The translations under genes and the position numbers were made by a program. This document shows positions 49,456-61,060 of a stretch of DNA of 64,000 bases, in pieces. Where the stretch lies: contig CAJINV010000015.1 of assembly GCA_905178155.1 (NCBI GenBank), positions 1,604,538 through 1,668,537 of the forward strand, given 5' to 3'. Under the pieces are notes generated by a model, which saw only the letters and a program-made list of their open reading frames with translations, searched no databases and had not been told where the DNA came from. How positions within the stretch are numbered: the stretch's first letter is position 1; every line of letters begins with the position of its first letter. This stretch comes from Amoebophrya sp. A120 (Eukaryota; Protista; Dinoflagellata).

Positions 49456-52400
49456 ATGGAGACAGCTTCGAAAGAGGACGGCAATACTAAAGCCGCAACT
49501 CTCGTCCACCCAGGCGACACCTCCGCCGGTCCGTCTTCCGGTATCAAAAAGTTGCAGTCTCTCCGCACCCGCGCCGCGCAGAATGTTGGCGTGTTGCAAA
49601 AGCTCTGGTCGACGACGGACGAAAACAAACAGGACAAGTTTCTCCGAAACGTCAATTTCGTCGAGAACGAAACGGTGTACAAAGTCTCCTTAGACTTGTG
49701 GCTGTCCGTCGAATACCCTGTACAAGAGCATCGTACTCGTACTAATCGCAGTCATGCAAGACAAATATCTATGCTCAAGCTAAATTAGCATGACAAATTC
49801 CGTTTGTCATGCTGAGCTAATTTGCATTGCAAAACTACGAGCGCGATACTTTTGCAGTTCATATCGAACGGTATGGCGAACCTGCGGTACGGATTGCCCT
49901 GGAAACGATGCTCGACCGAGATTGCCGCAATCTCGTGCTGAACAACGACTGGCCGACGTTGGATCGGGGCGATAGGTTTAGCCAGGTCGTGCAGATGAAG
50001 AAAAAAAAGTGCAAGGACAACTACTTGAACTTGAAGAGCAGTAGCATCGACCTGGAGAACGATTGGAAGCTGAAATTTGAAGAATTAGCGGACGAGATGG
50101 AGAAACTGAAGACCAAACACGCATATCAAATGCAAAAATGTCCGTGTCTGGAAGATTCTAAACTTGTGATGCTGTCTCTGGATTGGAAAAAAATTTGTAT
50201 TGCGTGACCAGTAAGAGGAGTAGATTTTGTGTTCCGCGGGGATGGCATTTGTCATGCGGAATAGGCAACATGAGGAAGCCGAAGCGCTCTAAAAATCTGT
50301 GATGCTAGGCCATACATTACAGGCATTATGCAAAATATGCATGACAAACACAAATCTTGCAATCTCCCAGACCCAGACATTTTTGCACTTGATGACGCAG
50401 ATCTGGAGAAAACGAAAAACTCGTTGCAGGAGCAGCTGTGGAAGGCGCAGGCGAAACTTTATCAAAAGGAAAAAAGCCCCCACCCCATACCAAAACGGAG
50501 ATTTGTGTAGCATGATTTGCTACCACAAATCACATTGTCATGCTGGAAGGCAAAAGATGCGGACTGTAGTGCTGGCTGGCGTGGGAAAGCCTTGCACTTT
50601 CAGCAAGAGAGGAGGCAACTGGAAGTGGAAAACAGCATGACAAACTGCCTGCAGTTCAGGCCACAGCTTCGTCTGCTCTTGGCATTCTAGCAATACAAGT
50701 CGACTTGTGTACGCAAATCCAGCATCACAAGTTTACTTTTCGATAGGGGGAGGGGGGATTCTTCTTTTTGATAGTTTGGAGGGGGACGGGGATGAAGTGC
50801 AGGCAAAGGAAAAGGAGCTGACCGGCCAGGTGGAGGAATTAGAGGCGGAATTGGCGAAAATGAGGGAGAGGGGTATAGGTCTGACACGGATTTTAAAAAT
50901 TTGAAATTTATCGTGCTCTCTTCGTGATATTCGATTGATTTTCGACTGCTTGTCATGCGCAACTACCATGTACATCAATATACAACGACCCTTCGTAGAT
51001 CGTTTATCAACACGGTCACACGCTCACGGACAGGAATCTGTGATACAGAATAAACAACACATCTTCTATAATCAGCTTCCGCCTTTGAGGATTCGAACGC
51101 CGCCGAAACCAACAATCTCCGCGACCACTTAGACGACCTAGAGCAGAAATACTCCGCGTTGCATATGACCTGCTCAAACGTTACAATCTCAAACGTTACA
51201 ATAGAGTCTGAGACTTGTCTTGCATCATCGACATGACAGACTCGGACAGCATTCCACTTTCTGCAATACAAATTTCTCCAGATTGTATTGCGGATTGGGA
51301 CTCCTACTCCAGAACTTGTCATGCGTAATCCTGTGGGAGTAGGGTAGATCATGCACTTCTTGCAACACAAATTCTAGATTCTATTGTAACGTTTGAAATT
51401 GTAACACCTGAGCAGGTTATATTGCAGCTCGAGCTCTCTACCAAAGACGCGAAGATTGAGGAGTATGCATTGCAAAAGTATCAGTATTTTCGTACTAGCA
51501 GTAATTGCATCACAAATTAGCTCAGCATTGGAAATGGAATTCGTCACATATTTCGTTCTTGGGATGGAGATTTGCATATCATGCATGATTGCGATTACTT
51601 TTACTACCAGTACGAGTGCGAAGATACTTTTGCATGGGATACGGAGCTTTCCATGGCGATTCTGAAACAGCAGGAGCTAATGGAGGAGGAGCAGCAGAAA
51701 TTCAAGGACCAGCTTATGGCTTGCTCAGGTGTTACATTCTCAACTGTTGCATGAGTTTGTAATGCAAGACCGGCAAGAGTGAAAGGAGGAAGATTGCGCC
51801 TTTTGCATTACAAGTTTGGCGCAGATTTAGATGCTGTCTAGTGCTTCCGAAATTTGTCATGCGAAGCAGCTCGATCATCTGCCGGCTTAAGGTGCTTTTG
51901 CATGACAAATCCATGTAACAGCTGAGAATGTAACGTTTGAGAACGCCATACAGCTCCAGGCAAACACGACGGCCAGTAGCAACGAAGAGGAAGAGGCACG
52001 GGTCAAGAAGCAGCAATCCGTGAATGAGGAGGAATTTCAAAAAAGGTTGGAGAGAGCTTTGAAGGACCAGGAACTGAATATGAAGAAGCAGCTGCAGGAA
52101 AACGCGACGGAGGTGGCGTCGGTGTCGAAACAGCTGATGGAAAACATCAAGGACTTAGAAAAAACGCTGAAAGATTTGGAACTTGAAAACGAGGAAGTGA
52201 AGAACGAAAACAATATCGAATGCAAATATGTTTGAGTCTGAAAGGTGGATGTAAGGTTTGTCATGCTTGTCTGGCATGACTGGAGACTTTGTCATACGTG
52301 TCCAAAAAGAGACCCTTTTGCTTGTCATGCAAAACGCACTTTGTCATGCCTGCGGAAAGCGCAACAATAAGCCGCGCGAATATTTCTCATGCTTGCCTGT

Positions 52401-55400
52401 GCATTACAGAGAATTCACTACTCACAACTCAGCATTACAAGTTTCCAGACCCTCCAGACGTATTTGTATTTGATAAACAAATCTCTGAAGCAAAAACTGC
52501 AAGCGGAGAAAAAAGCCTCGGATTCCAAAATCATCGAGCTGGAACAGTTGAATCACCAATTGGAAACCTCCCTTGGCTATCAAATGCACATTTGTTTGGG
52601 TGGTCTGCATGATTGCATGCGTTTGTCATGCATCTTTTGGAGGAGCACGCAGATACTGTGGATGTGGAATGCGCACGCTAGCATTACAATTTTTGTTCAG
52701 GTCTCCGTCTCGTGATGCCTGTCGCGCATGAGAAACTCAAACTGACTACTTGTGTACGCCAAAAGTGGATAAGTTTTTGTGCTCATGCTGATCATGCAAC
52801 ACAAATTTTTGTGTGATCGGAGATTTTCATTTTCATGACAAGTTCCAATCTTTCCAGACCTAGACAGAGAGACATATTTGCAATGCATATTGGGGAGCTA
52901 CGAATTCGGCTGCAGGAGCTGGCGAAGAAGATTTCCGAGGCGGAGGGCCAGGGCGTGGACGATCTGAAGGACGTTTTAGAGACCTCTGGACTGTATGCAT
53001 TGCAAATATGTCTGGGTCTGGAAGGATCCAAACTTCTCATGCTGTCTTTGGATTCTAAAAAAATCTGTATTGCATGACCAACAAGAGGAGCCCAGATTGT
53101 GCTACGCGGAGAAGGCATTTGTCATGCCGAGTAGGCATCAGAAAGCCTTCCAAAAATCTGTGATGCTAAGTCATGCGCTACAGGCGCGATGGGTCACTCA
53201 AAATGTGCATGACAAACCCGGCAATCTTCCAGACCTAGACATGATATTTGCATTTGATAGGCTGCAGAAATTCCTCTCCGACTGCTCGAACAGTGGGAAA
53301 TCCATCCGAAAAATCCACGAGAGGCTGTACCAGGATTTCTTTAACCGGGCGATGCGGTTGCAGAAATTGATTGCGGAGTACAATTTGATGCGGGAAGTGG
53401 ATTTGACAAAGAAGATGGAAAATAACCAGATGGACAAACTATTCCCTCCGGCGAACAACGCTTTGGGCGTATACCCGAATGCGACGCCGACGAACAGCTC
53501 GGTGGTGCAAATCACCATGAGCGGCGATTTGGTCAAGAACGCCGCGCATCAGCACAAGGGCACGGATAATCATAGAGGGTTGACAAGTCCAACCTCTGTG
53601 GCAGCTTCGGGCACGTTGAGCAGCACAGGAAACTACAACAGCAACCAGAAGCCGCATTTGAGCATTCACACGAACCTCCACGCGGGTGGCCTGATCGAAG
53701 TCAGCAATAACGCACACACCGTCTCCCAAGCGATACAGCCGGCAATGAACCTCCCCGGCATGAACGGCAACACAATTTTGAAAAACCGCATGCGGGCCCG
53801 GTCGGCGAACTCTAAGCGGACCACGACCTCATTAGACCCGAGTCAAGTCCTCGTCGGCACACCGCAGCAGCTAAACCAGGTGCACATCGTCAGAATGCAG
53901 CCACACGACAATAAAGTTCAACCCATGCAGAAGAACGCGAACGTATTTGATTCGTCCTGGCTGATCGCGCCCAGTCCGACCAGTGTCGCGTTTAATACAC
54001 TGAATTTGCAGTTCACAGTATTGTGAAGAAAAATCTCGCCCCCTCCCCATATCGAAAAGGAAATTTGTGATGCTGATTTGTGGCCACAAAGACAAATTAG
54101 GTTTGTCTTGCGTACAAGGCAAACGGCAACCATGTGGCGCATTGTACAGCCAGTCTGTCGTGCGTTCTCGCCTATGTCAGGCTTGTTTCTCATGCTCAGC
54201 TGCTTCTAGCCGGATGCGTACCTCCCAATCCCAAACGGGCTTAGAATTATATGCCGACAAGCTCTCGCAATACAAGCAAGGCTCATTTGTGTACACATAT
54301 CCAGCAACACAAATTGTCTTTTGTGTATTGGGTGGGGGCTTTTTTCACTTTGATACACGGGAACCAGTCCAAACGGCAGTCCAACCAGCACGACAAACCG
54401 GAGCAGCACCCTGCAGAAGATGCAATTGTCGAATTCCAAGCAAAGGGTGATGGCGCAGACAGTTATGGAGGAGGAGCGGCAGATGAAAATTGACCAGGGC
54501 CGCGCTGCCGGGAGCTTCGTAGCAGGAGCAGGAGGAACAACCACGGCTTCCAGTAGATCACCGCCACCGAGGATCCCAAATCAGGGGTTAGTAGCTGCGG
54601 TCGAATCTTCTGACCCGCGAGCGGCGGCCGTAGTCGGAGAGGTGATCGGAGAGCAAGGGTCGGCTTTGCAGCAGCAACTGGAGCAAAGGAAGCTGCGTGC
54701 GCAGTCGGAGATGAGGCCTCCTGCTGTTTCTTCTAGTGCAAGTGCAACACAAGCAAATGTTGAAAACAATAACAACTCCTACCAACATATCAACTGCAAA
54801 AGTGTCTGGGTCTGGAAGAATGCAGAAGTTTGTCATGCACATTTTCCATGACCCATAAGGTCTGTGATGCATGTCCTAGCATCAGAGATTCTGCGACGGC
54901 TTTCTGATGCTCATACCGCATGAGAAACGCCCTCTCCGCGTAGCACAAATTGCGCCTCTTATGCTGTTCATGCAATACAGATTTTATGTAGAGTCCAAAG
55001 GTAGCATCACAACTTCCAACTTTCCAGACCCAGACACTTTTGCATTTGATACAACAAGACGCTTCCTACCGCACACCTTCCCCCGCGAAGCCAGCCGTTT
55101 GGGAATTCCGCCCGAATTTGCTCCAAGGCAGCTCTTCTACGAAAAATAGAGCAGATAACAACCACCTTGGGCTCTCGTTGAGCGACCAGATTAGCCAAAG
55201 TCTTTTCACCGGCGCGGCAAGCAGCTCTTCATCGCCGAGGGGTAGGACTTTGTTACGGGGTTCGGCTTACAGTATGCAGGGGATCATCCCGACCGGAATT
55301 TCGGCGAACGGACAGATTAAACGAACGCTGATGTCGACCAGCTTGACGAATGGAATTGGGAACAACGGAGTAGGTTCAACACCTGTGATCAACCTACAAC

Positions 55401-58400
55401 TAGATCCGGACGCTAAGTCAGTGGTTTCCGGTGTCGTGTCGTCCTCTTTGTCGTCCGGTAATATAGGTCATCTGGATCAGCTATGACAGTGCACAACTCC
55501 CCCTCCCCCTCATTTGTCATGCAAAATACCCATTGCAACCTTTGTGTTTGTCTCTTGGCACTGTTTGCATGACAAGTTCTGGTAGCCCAAATAGCACTAC
55601 ACTCCAGTGCAAACTTGTGATGCAAAACCGGCACTCTCACTGATGCTTGTATTGCCATTCATGCTATACAAATGAGGGGGAGGGGGAGTTGTGCACTGTC
55701 ATATCAACACCTTCCGCATTCAAAACTGAACCGCCCCTCGCCGCCCCCAGCTGCGGCGCTTTTCAAGAAAGGATCATTGACGGAAATCATCGAAAATCAG
55801 AATGCTTTGCAGAAAAGCGCACGAGCCAGGTCACTGAGCCCGACGATTAGTGGGGTGACGTCTGTGACGAGCGGCACAACTGCAACTGGAACAGCTGGAG
55901 CGGAAATGTTAAACAAAAACACGACCACAACTGGCAACCAGCTCTCCACTCAGCAACTTCAGCTGCCGATTCACCAAACACCGAAAGCACCAGCGAAGAA
56001 GCTGTCCGAAATTTTGCTCGAGAAAAACTGGACTCCCGGAGTGGGTGTCGCAGCAACTGGAAATAACGGTGGAGAGAAGACTTCTACCGGAACAGCAAAT
56101 GCAAATGGAACATCATCTACCACTTCAACCGGAGCTGGTAATCCCAGCAATGTGAAACAAGTCGTCGCGTCGAGTTCTTCCACGACGGCGCAAAACCTGA
56201 TCCGACTTCAAAACAGCACAGGTTCCGGCTCCTCTGCGGAAGAGGAAGAGAAACTCAACGAGTTACCGATGGGACTGAAATTCGGATCGGAATTCGCGAA
56301 GAAATCGTCCGTATCAATTGCAAATATGTCTGGGTCTGGAAGGTGGCAACTTGTCATGGTAAATCTGAAGCATGCAAAAATCTGTGTTGCGTGAGTGCCA
56401 AAAGCTGTCCACTTTTGTTTTTGACCAAGATGGAGGAAGGGAGTTTTTCATGCAGGATAGGCAAGGCAGTGGCAGAGACCTCGCAGAGTCTGTCATGCTA
56501 AGTTCCGCATTCCAGACCTCATGGGTCATGGAAAATCTGCATGGTATCTGGAAAATCTGCATGACAAGCTTAGTTACACTTTTCCAGACCCAGACATTTT
56601 TGCACTTGATAGTCCGCAATCCACTTGTATAGTCAGCACTGGCGGTATCGCCAGAAAAAACTGTTTCACTGTAAACTTGTAATGCAGAAATTGCATCTCA
56701 CAAGTGTTTGTCTTGCTACACATGCAAGACAGTGGATTTTTAGCTGTGTTTTCCCTTAGGAACCTTGCATGGCAAATTTTCTCTGTCATGCAGAACAAAC
56801 TTGTGATGCAAAACCTGCAAAATCCTTACAGTGAAACACTTTTTTCGTACGATAGGCGGGGACGGGAGAAAGTTTTGAAGAACCACTACAACAGTACTAG
56901 TGGTTCTGCGAATCATTCCCATTCCTGTTCCAACAATAATTCTATCAAATGCAAAAATGTCTGGGTCTGGAAACTTGTGATGCTGGGCGGCGTCTCATGA
57001 GGAGACCACAAGTGCTGGCTCAGCATGACAAGTTTGTGACCTTCTAGGTGTTGCCTATTCTGCATGACAAACTGCGTCTCTGCATGACAGAAAAATGGAG
57101 CTCTTGGGTAACGTGCATGACAGATATAAGAGTCATGCCAGACAAGCATGACAAACATCCACTCTTCCAGACCCAGACATTTTTGCATTTGATAAATTCC
57201 GTCCAGGAACCAAACACTCCCTCGATGGAAAACAACTCGCTCATTTCCCATATGCCATTCTCAAACGTTACATTCTCAACGGTTACATATTTTGTCATGC
57301 AAAATGCCTATAAAGCCGCCAGACCATCGAGCTGCTTCGCACGACAAAAAATTCTCGCTCGAAGGGCTAAACAGCATCTGAATCTGTGCCAAATTTGTGA
57401 TGCGAGACTTGCAAGCTCGCCCCTTTCCCTATTGCTTTTTTTGCATGACAAGTCTCTCGGTAGAGATCGCTTTGCCCGTGCTTATTCCACTCAGAGTTTG
57501 CTGGGTAGGTGGCTACCGTTTTAAGTTTATAAACGAATGGGACGCCCTGCCCTTAGCCTTCCAACATGACAAATCCTTGTTGTAGCAGTTGAGAATGTAA
57601 CGCTTGAGAATACCATATCCCATTCGATGAAAACCACCTCCCACTCTTTAGCCCCTTCCTTCGTCGCCCAGCCCAACAGCAAGGGGAATGTGGTGCAGTT
57701 CGGCACGCACATTTCCTTCTACCAACGAAGCGTGTCCGAGGATAGGTCCTTGACCAGCAGTGTGTCGGATAATTACCCAGATTCGATGCTGAACTCCCCC
57801 ATGTCCAGCATGTTCCGACGCAGCTTGTCACCGGGGACGAGGTTTTTTGCAACAAATTCTCTGGTTTCCCCCTACGCGCGGCAGAGCAGGAATTTAGGGA
57901 AGGGCACAGCTAGTAATATGCGGAATCAACAGCGGATGTTTCTCTTGCGGCCGGTGAAGCAAGAATTGATATTGGATGAGAACAGCACTAGTTGTGCGGG
58001 TCTTGTCTCGTCTGGGGGTGCAGGAGGTGCGGGAAGTACTAGTGGTGCAAGTGGTCTTCATGCTGTCGTGAACAACGCTATGCCCACGTCGGTACACAGT
58101 GCGCAGGTTGAGAAAATGAAAAACCAGCAACGGGAGTCGAGTGTGGGAAATAGTGGTGGTGCCGTGCGGGATCAGAGTGTTCCTGGGAAGAATCATCTTG
58201 GAACAAATGCGAATGCGAACAAATCCAGATCTCCCTCTCCGGATAACAAACAGAAATTTGTTTTACGCCCGAACGGAGTAGTCCTCTTCCCGACGACACA
58301 AAACAACAGCTCAGGAGAGCAGGGAGTTCTTCCGTTAGAAGGGATGTCAGCGCCAACGTCTGTGATGCAGGGTGCGAAAGTGATCGTGCCACCGGTGAAT

Positions 58401-59414
58401 TTGCCGCAAGTTGTGAACATCAATGCGTCGTCGTCTACTGCGTCGCTGACCAAAGTGGATCTCGGACTGCCACCGGTGATCAACGAGTATCAGATGCAAA
58501 AATGTCTGGGTCTGGGAGATTGCAAGCTTTGCCATGCATATTTTGCATGATCCATAATGCCTGTAATGCACGGCCCTAGAATCACAGATTTTTAGAGCGC
58601 TTCCGCATGGTGCCTATTCCGCATGACAAATGCGATCTCCGCGGAGCACAAAATCTATTCCTCTTACAACTGGTCACGCAATGGAAATTTTTTTCGAATC
58701 CAGAGACAGCATCACAAGTTTTGAATCTTCCAGACCCAGACATATTTGCAGTTGATAATGAGCAAGAGGATTCCATTTCCCAAGCGGAATCGTTTCTAAT
58801 GCTGCGATATGCATTGCAAAAGTATCGTACTAGTAGTAATCGCAATACAAATTAGCGCAGCATGACAAATGCAATTTGCCATGCTGATTCGGCTTGGTAA
58901 GGCGATTTGTCTTGCATGATTGAGATTAGTACGAGTACGATTCTTTTGCAATGCATATGCGATCGAGTATTTTGCCGCCGCCAAAGACGAATCCGAACAG
59001 GAGTAAGAACATATGCACTGCAAAAGTATCGTAGTCGTAGTAATTGCATTCATGCATTACAATTTTTTTTCCTAAGGTAAACCCGCATTAGAAATTTTAT
59101 TTCTCATGCTGAGGAAATTTGTATTGCAATTACTACTAGTACGATACTTTTGCAGTTCATAGAACAGTTGGACAAACAAAAATGCAGCGGTGAACAACCA
59201 CGCGACTAGTGGGGTGTCGTTTCTGAAGAGTAACATTAACAGCGCGGCGGGAGCGACGTCGTCCAAAGTAGATAATCGTCCTCCAGCGGCCGCAGTTATG
59301 AGCAGCATAGCGGCGAATAATGCAAACAACAAAATTGCTGTGCCAAAGTTAATCAATTTGGAGCCCTTTGGAGGCGGAGCCAGTTCTGGTGCCGGTGCGG
59401 GCGGTGCTGCGTAG
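49456..59414 (+). CDS. Large hypothetical protein: N-terminal coiled coil, low-complexity S/T/N/G-rich C-terminus
   Basis: Exons join after removing 19 introners and GT-AG intron 50873-51132; heptad-rich E/K/L segments; not every junction was translated by hand. Confidence 0.7.
49714..49863. mobile_element. Introner family B
   Basis: TIR; TSD TCGAA. Confidence 0.85.
50124..50394. mobile_element. Introner family A
   Basis: TIR; TSD ACGCA; right end TG. Confidence 0.85.
50460..50773. mobile_element. Introner family G
   Basis: TIR; TSD not recognisable (AACTT vs GTTTG). Confidence 0.75.
51164..51421. mobile_element. Introner family E
   Basis: TIR; TSD TTGCA. Confidence 0.85.
51464..51641. 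mobile_element. Introner family B
   Basis: TIR; TSD AGGAG/CGGAG. Confidence 0.85.
51715..51950. mobile_element. Introner family E
   Basis: TIR; TSD CAGCT. Confidence 0.9.
52214..52475. mobile_element. Introner family A
   Basis: TIR; TSD AACAA. Confidence 0.85.
52578..52889. mobile_element. Introner family A
   Basis: TIR; TSD TTGGC/TTGGG. Confidence 0.85.
52994..53259. mobile_element. Introner family A
   Basis: TIR; TSD GACTG/GGCTG. Confidence 0.85.
54019..54355. mobile_element. Introner family G
   Basis: TIR; TSD CACAG/CACGG. Confidence 0.85.
54788..55051. mobile_element. Introner family A
   Basis: TIR; TSD CAACA. Confidence 0.9.
55482..55703. mobile_element. Introner family C
   Basis: TIR; TSD TCAGC/TCAAC. 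Confidence 0.85.
56312..56611. mobile_element. Introner family A
   Basis: TIR; TSD GTCCG. Confidence 0.9.
56646..56854. mobile_element. Introner family H-like
   Basis: TIR; TSD GGCGG. Confidence 0.85.
56943..57194. mobile_element. Introner family A
   Basis: TSD AATTC; reverse-complement relative of 27905-28156. Confidence 0.9.
57251..57617. mobile_element. Introner family E
   Basis: TIR; TSD TCCCA. Confidence 0.85.
58488..58757. mobile_element. Introner family A
   Basis: TIR; TSD ACGAG/ATGAG. Confidence 0.85.
58808..58957. mobile_element. Introner family B
   Basis: TIR; TSD TGCGA. Confidence 0.9.
59012..59161. mobile_element. Introner family B
   Basis: TIR; TSD GAACA. Confidence 0.9.
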
Positions 59415-61060
59415 AAATTGCCCAGGGTGGAGATAATAAATTACAGAACGCTGTAGGGCTACGCATACTGTGGGTAATATACGCAGATACAACTACCTGG
59501 TAGGACAAACACACGCTAAAGCAGTTGTCAAAGTACTTTTAGCAAAGGACGGGCCTATAATTTCTGTTCTCATTTGTGGCACCACGAGCAAAGGTTTATA
59601 GCAAGCGATGCAAGTAGAAGTTGGAAGATTAACCTCGATTTTCGTTAAAAGCTTTACACGGTTTTACATTTTGTGAGCTCGTTCGTGCAGTACCTAGAAT
59701 AGAAGTTTCACAATCGGAAAAAGAACCTGCTTGATGATGAATCAGAATCGTTTTTTGAGAATCACATTTCACATCGATATAGCAGCACTCGTATGTGCTT
59801 TGCGTTTGAATCGTTTTTTGGTAATCATGTACATGTTTTTATGGCCATATGTTGTGAATAGACAAGTTTCGGATACCAAATATGCATTGAGTTTTTCTTG
59901 GATACTCTATTACAGCAGGAACGCTAGAGCTATGTTTCTTTCTCTGTACAATAAATTTGAATTTGGAAAAACGAAAAAATATTTATGACGCGTGATTCTG
60001 TTTCGCACTTTTTTCCGATTTCGTGACTGGGGCTTCTGTAACAACTGCGCTGGTCTTGTTCTCATCGTTACATGCTGTGAAGTGTATACTATTGCCAGAG
60101 ATAACTACGCTCCTACGCTTCAACGTTCTGAGCACATTCGTATTCTGTCGTAGAGTTTTTCGTATTGATGATCGCATTGGGTCTGCTCCTGCGGCGTTAT
60201 TTTGGGGTCGTCTGTCTCTGGAATAAAAGAATAAAGGGCCGCGGCACACAAAGACAAACACATCAAACACGTAGAGCAGTATAATTTCGGTTGAGAGAAG
60301 AAGACCATGAGAAAATCATGTGAATAGAAAAGTTTTTCTCGGTAGCAATCCTGCAGTACGTACGTTGATGAAAAAAATGAAATTTGCAGCTCCAAGTAGA
60401 ACGTTGATGAAGAAAATACAAATCAGGAAAGAGAGCTCGAGCTGTACTTCTAAAACTCTTCGGAAATAAATGGATCTACGTACGAAAAGGATTGTCTTTG
60501 TGAGTTTTTTCTCTCTGTACCTCCTGGTTTATTTTCCCGATGCGACTACGTACCGTATCTCAAAAAAACACAGTGACCCATTTTTTTCAGCAAATCTCGT
60601 CCCCACTAGTTAGCACCCAGCCTACCCTTTAGCCCCTTTTTGAGTAGTTTCATCCCTAGTAGCGACCTTTATAGCGTCAGCATCAGCGTCGGGTATTTCA
60701 TCAACTTGATTTGAAGACAAGGTGGGCACCCAACTACCCCTAGTATCCTTTGGCGAGACAGATTGCGGCTCTTTGTTCTTTGAGTACGAGTAGACGAGTC
60801 AGAGTCTGTGTCTATCTAGTAGACGAGGACTAGTTTTGAAGAAGATAAAGTATCAGGACGTCGAGAGTATTTTTGAACAAGCGGCCAAGCTACACAAACA
60901 TGACCTTCCGCATTTCCCAGTCTACAACTTTCCAGTAAAAGTCCCAGAGCAGAGTGTAGGGACGACCTCTGTTGAGAGCAGGACAACAACTGGAGCTGCA
61001 TCATCTACTACTTTCACCACCAGCAGACACCACTTGAGTAACAGTCAATCGAAGATCAAC

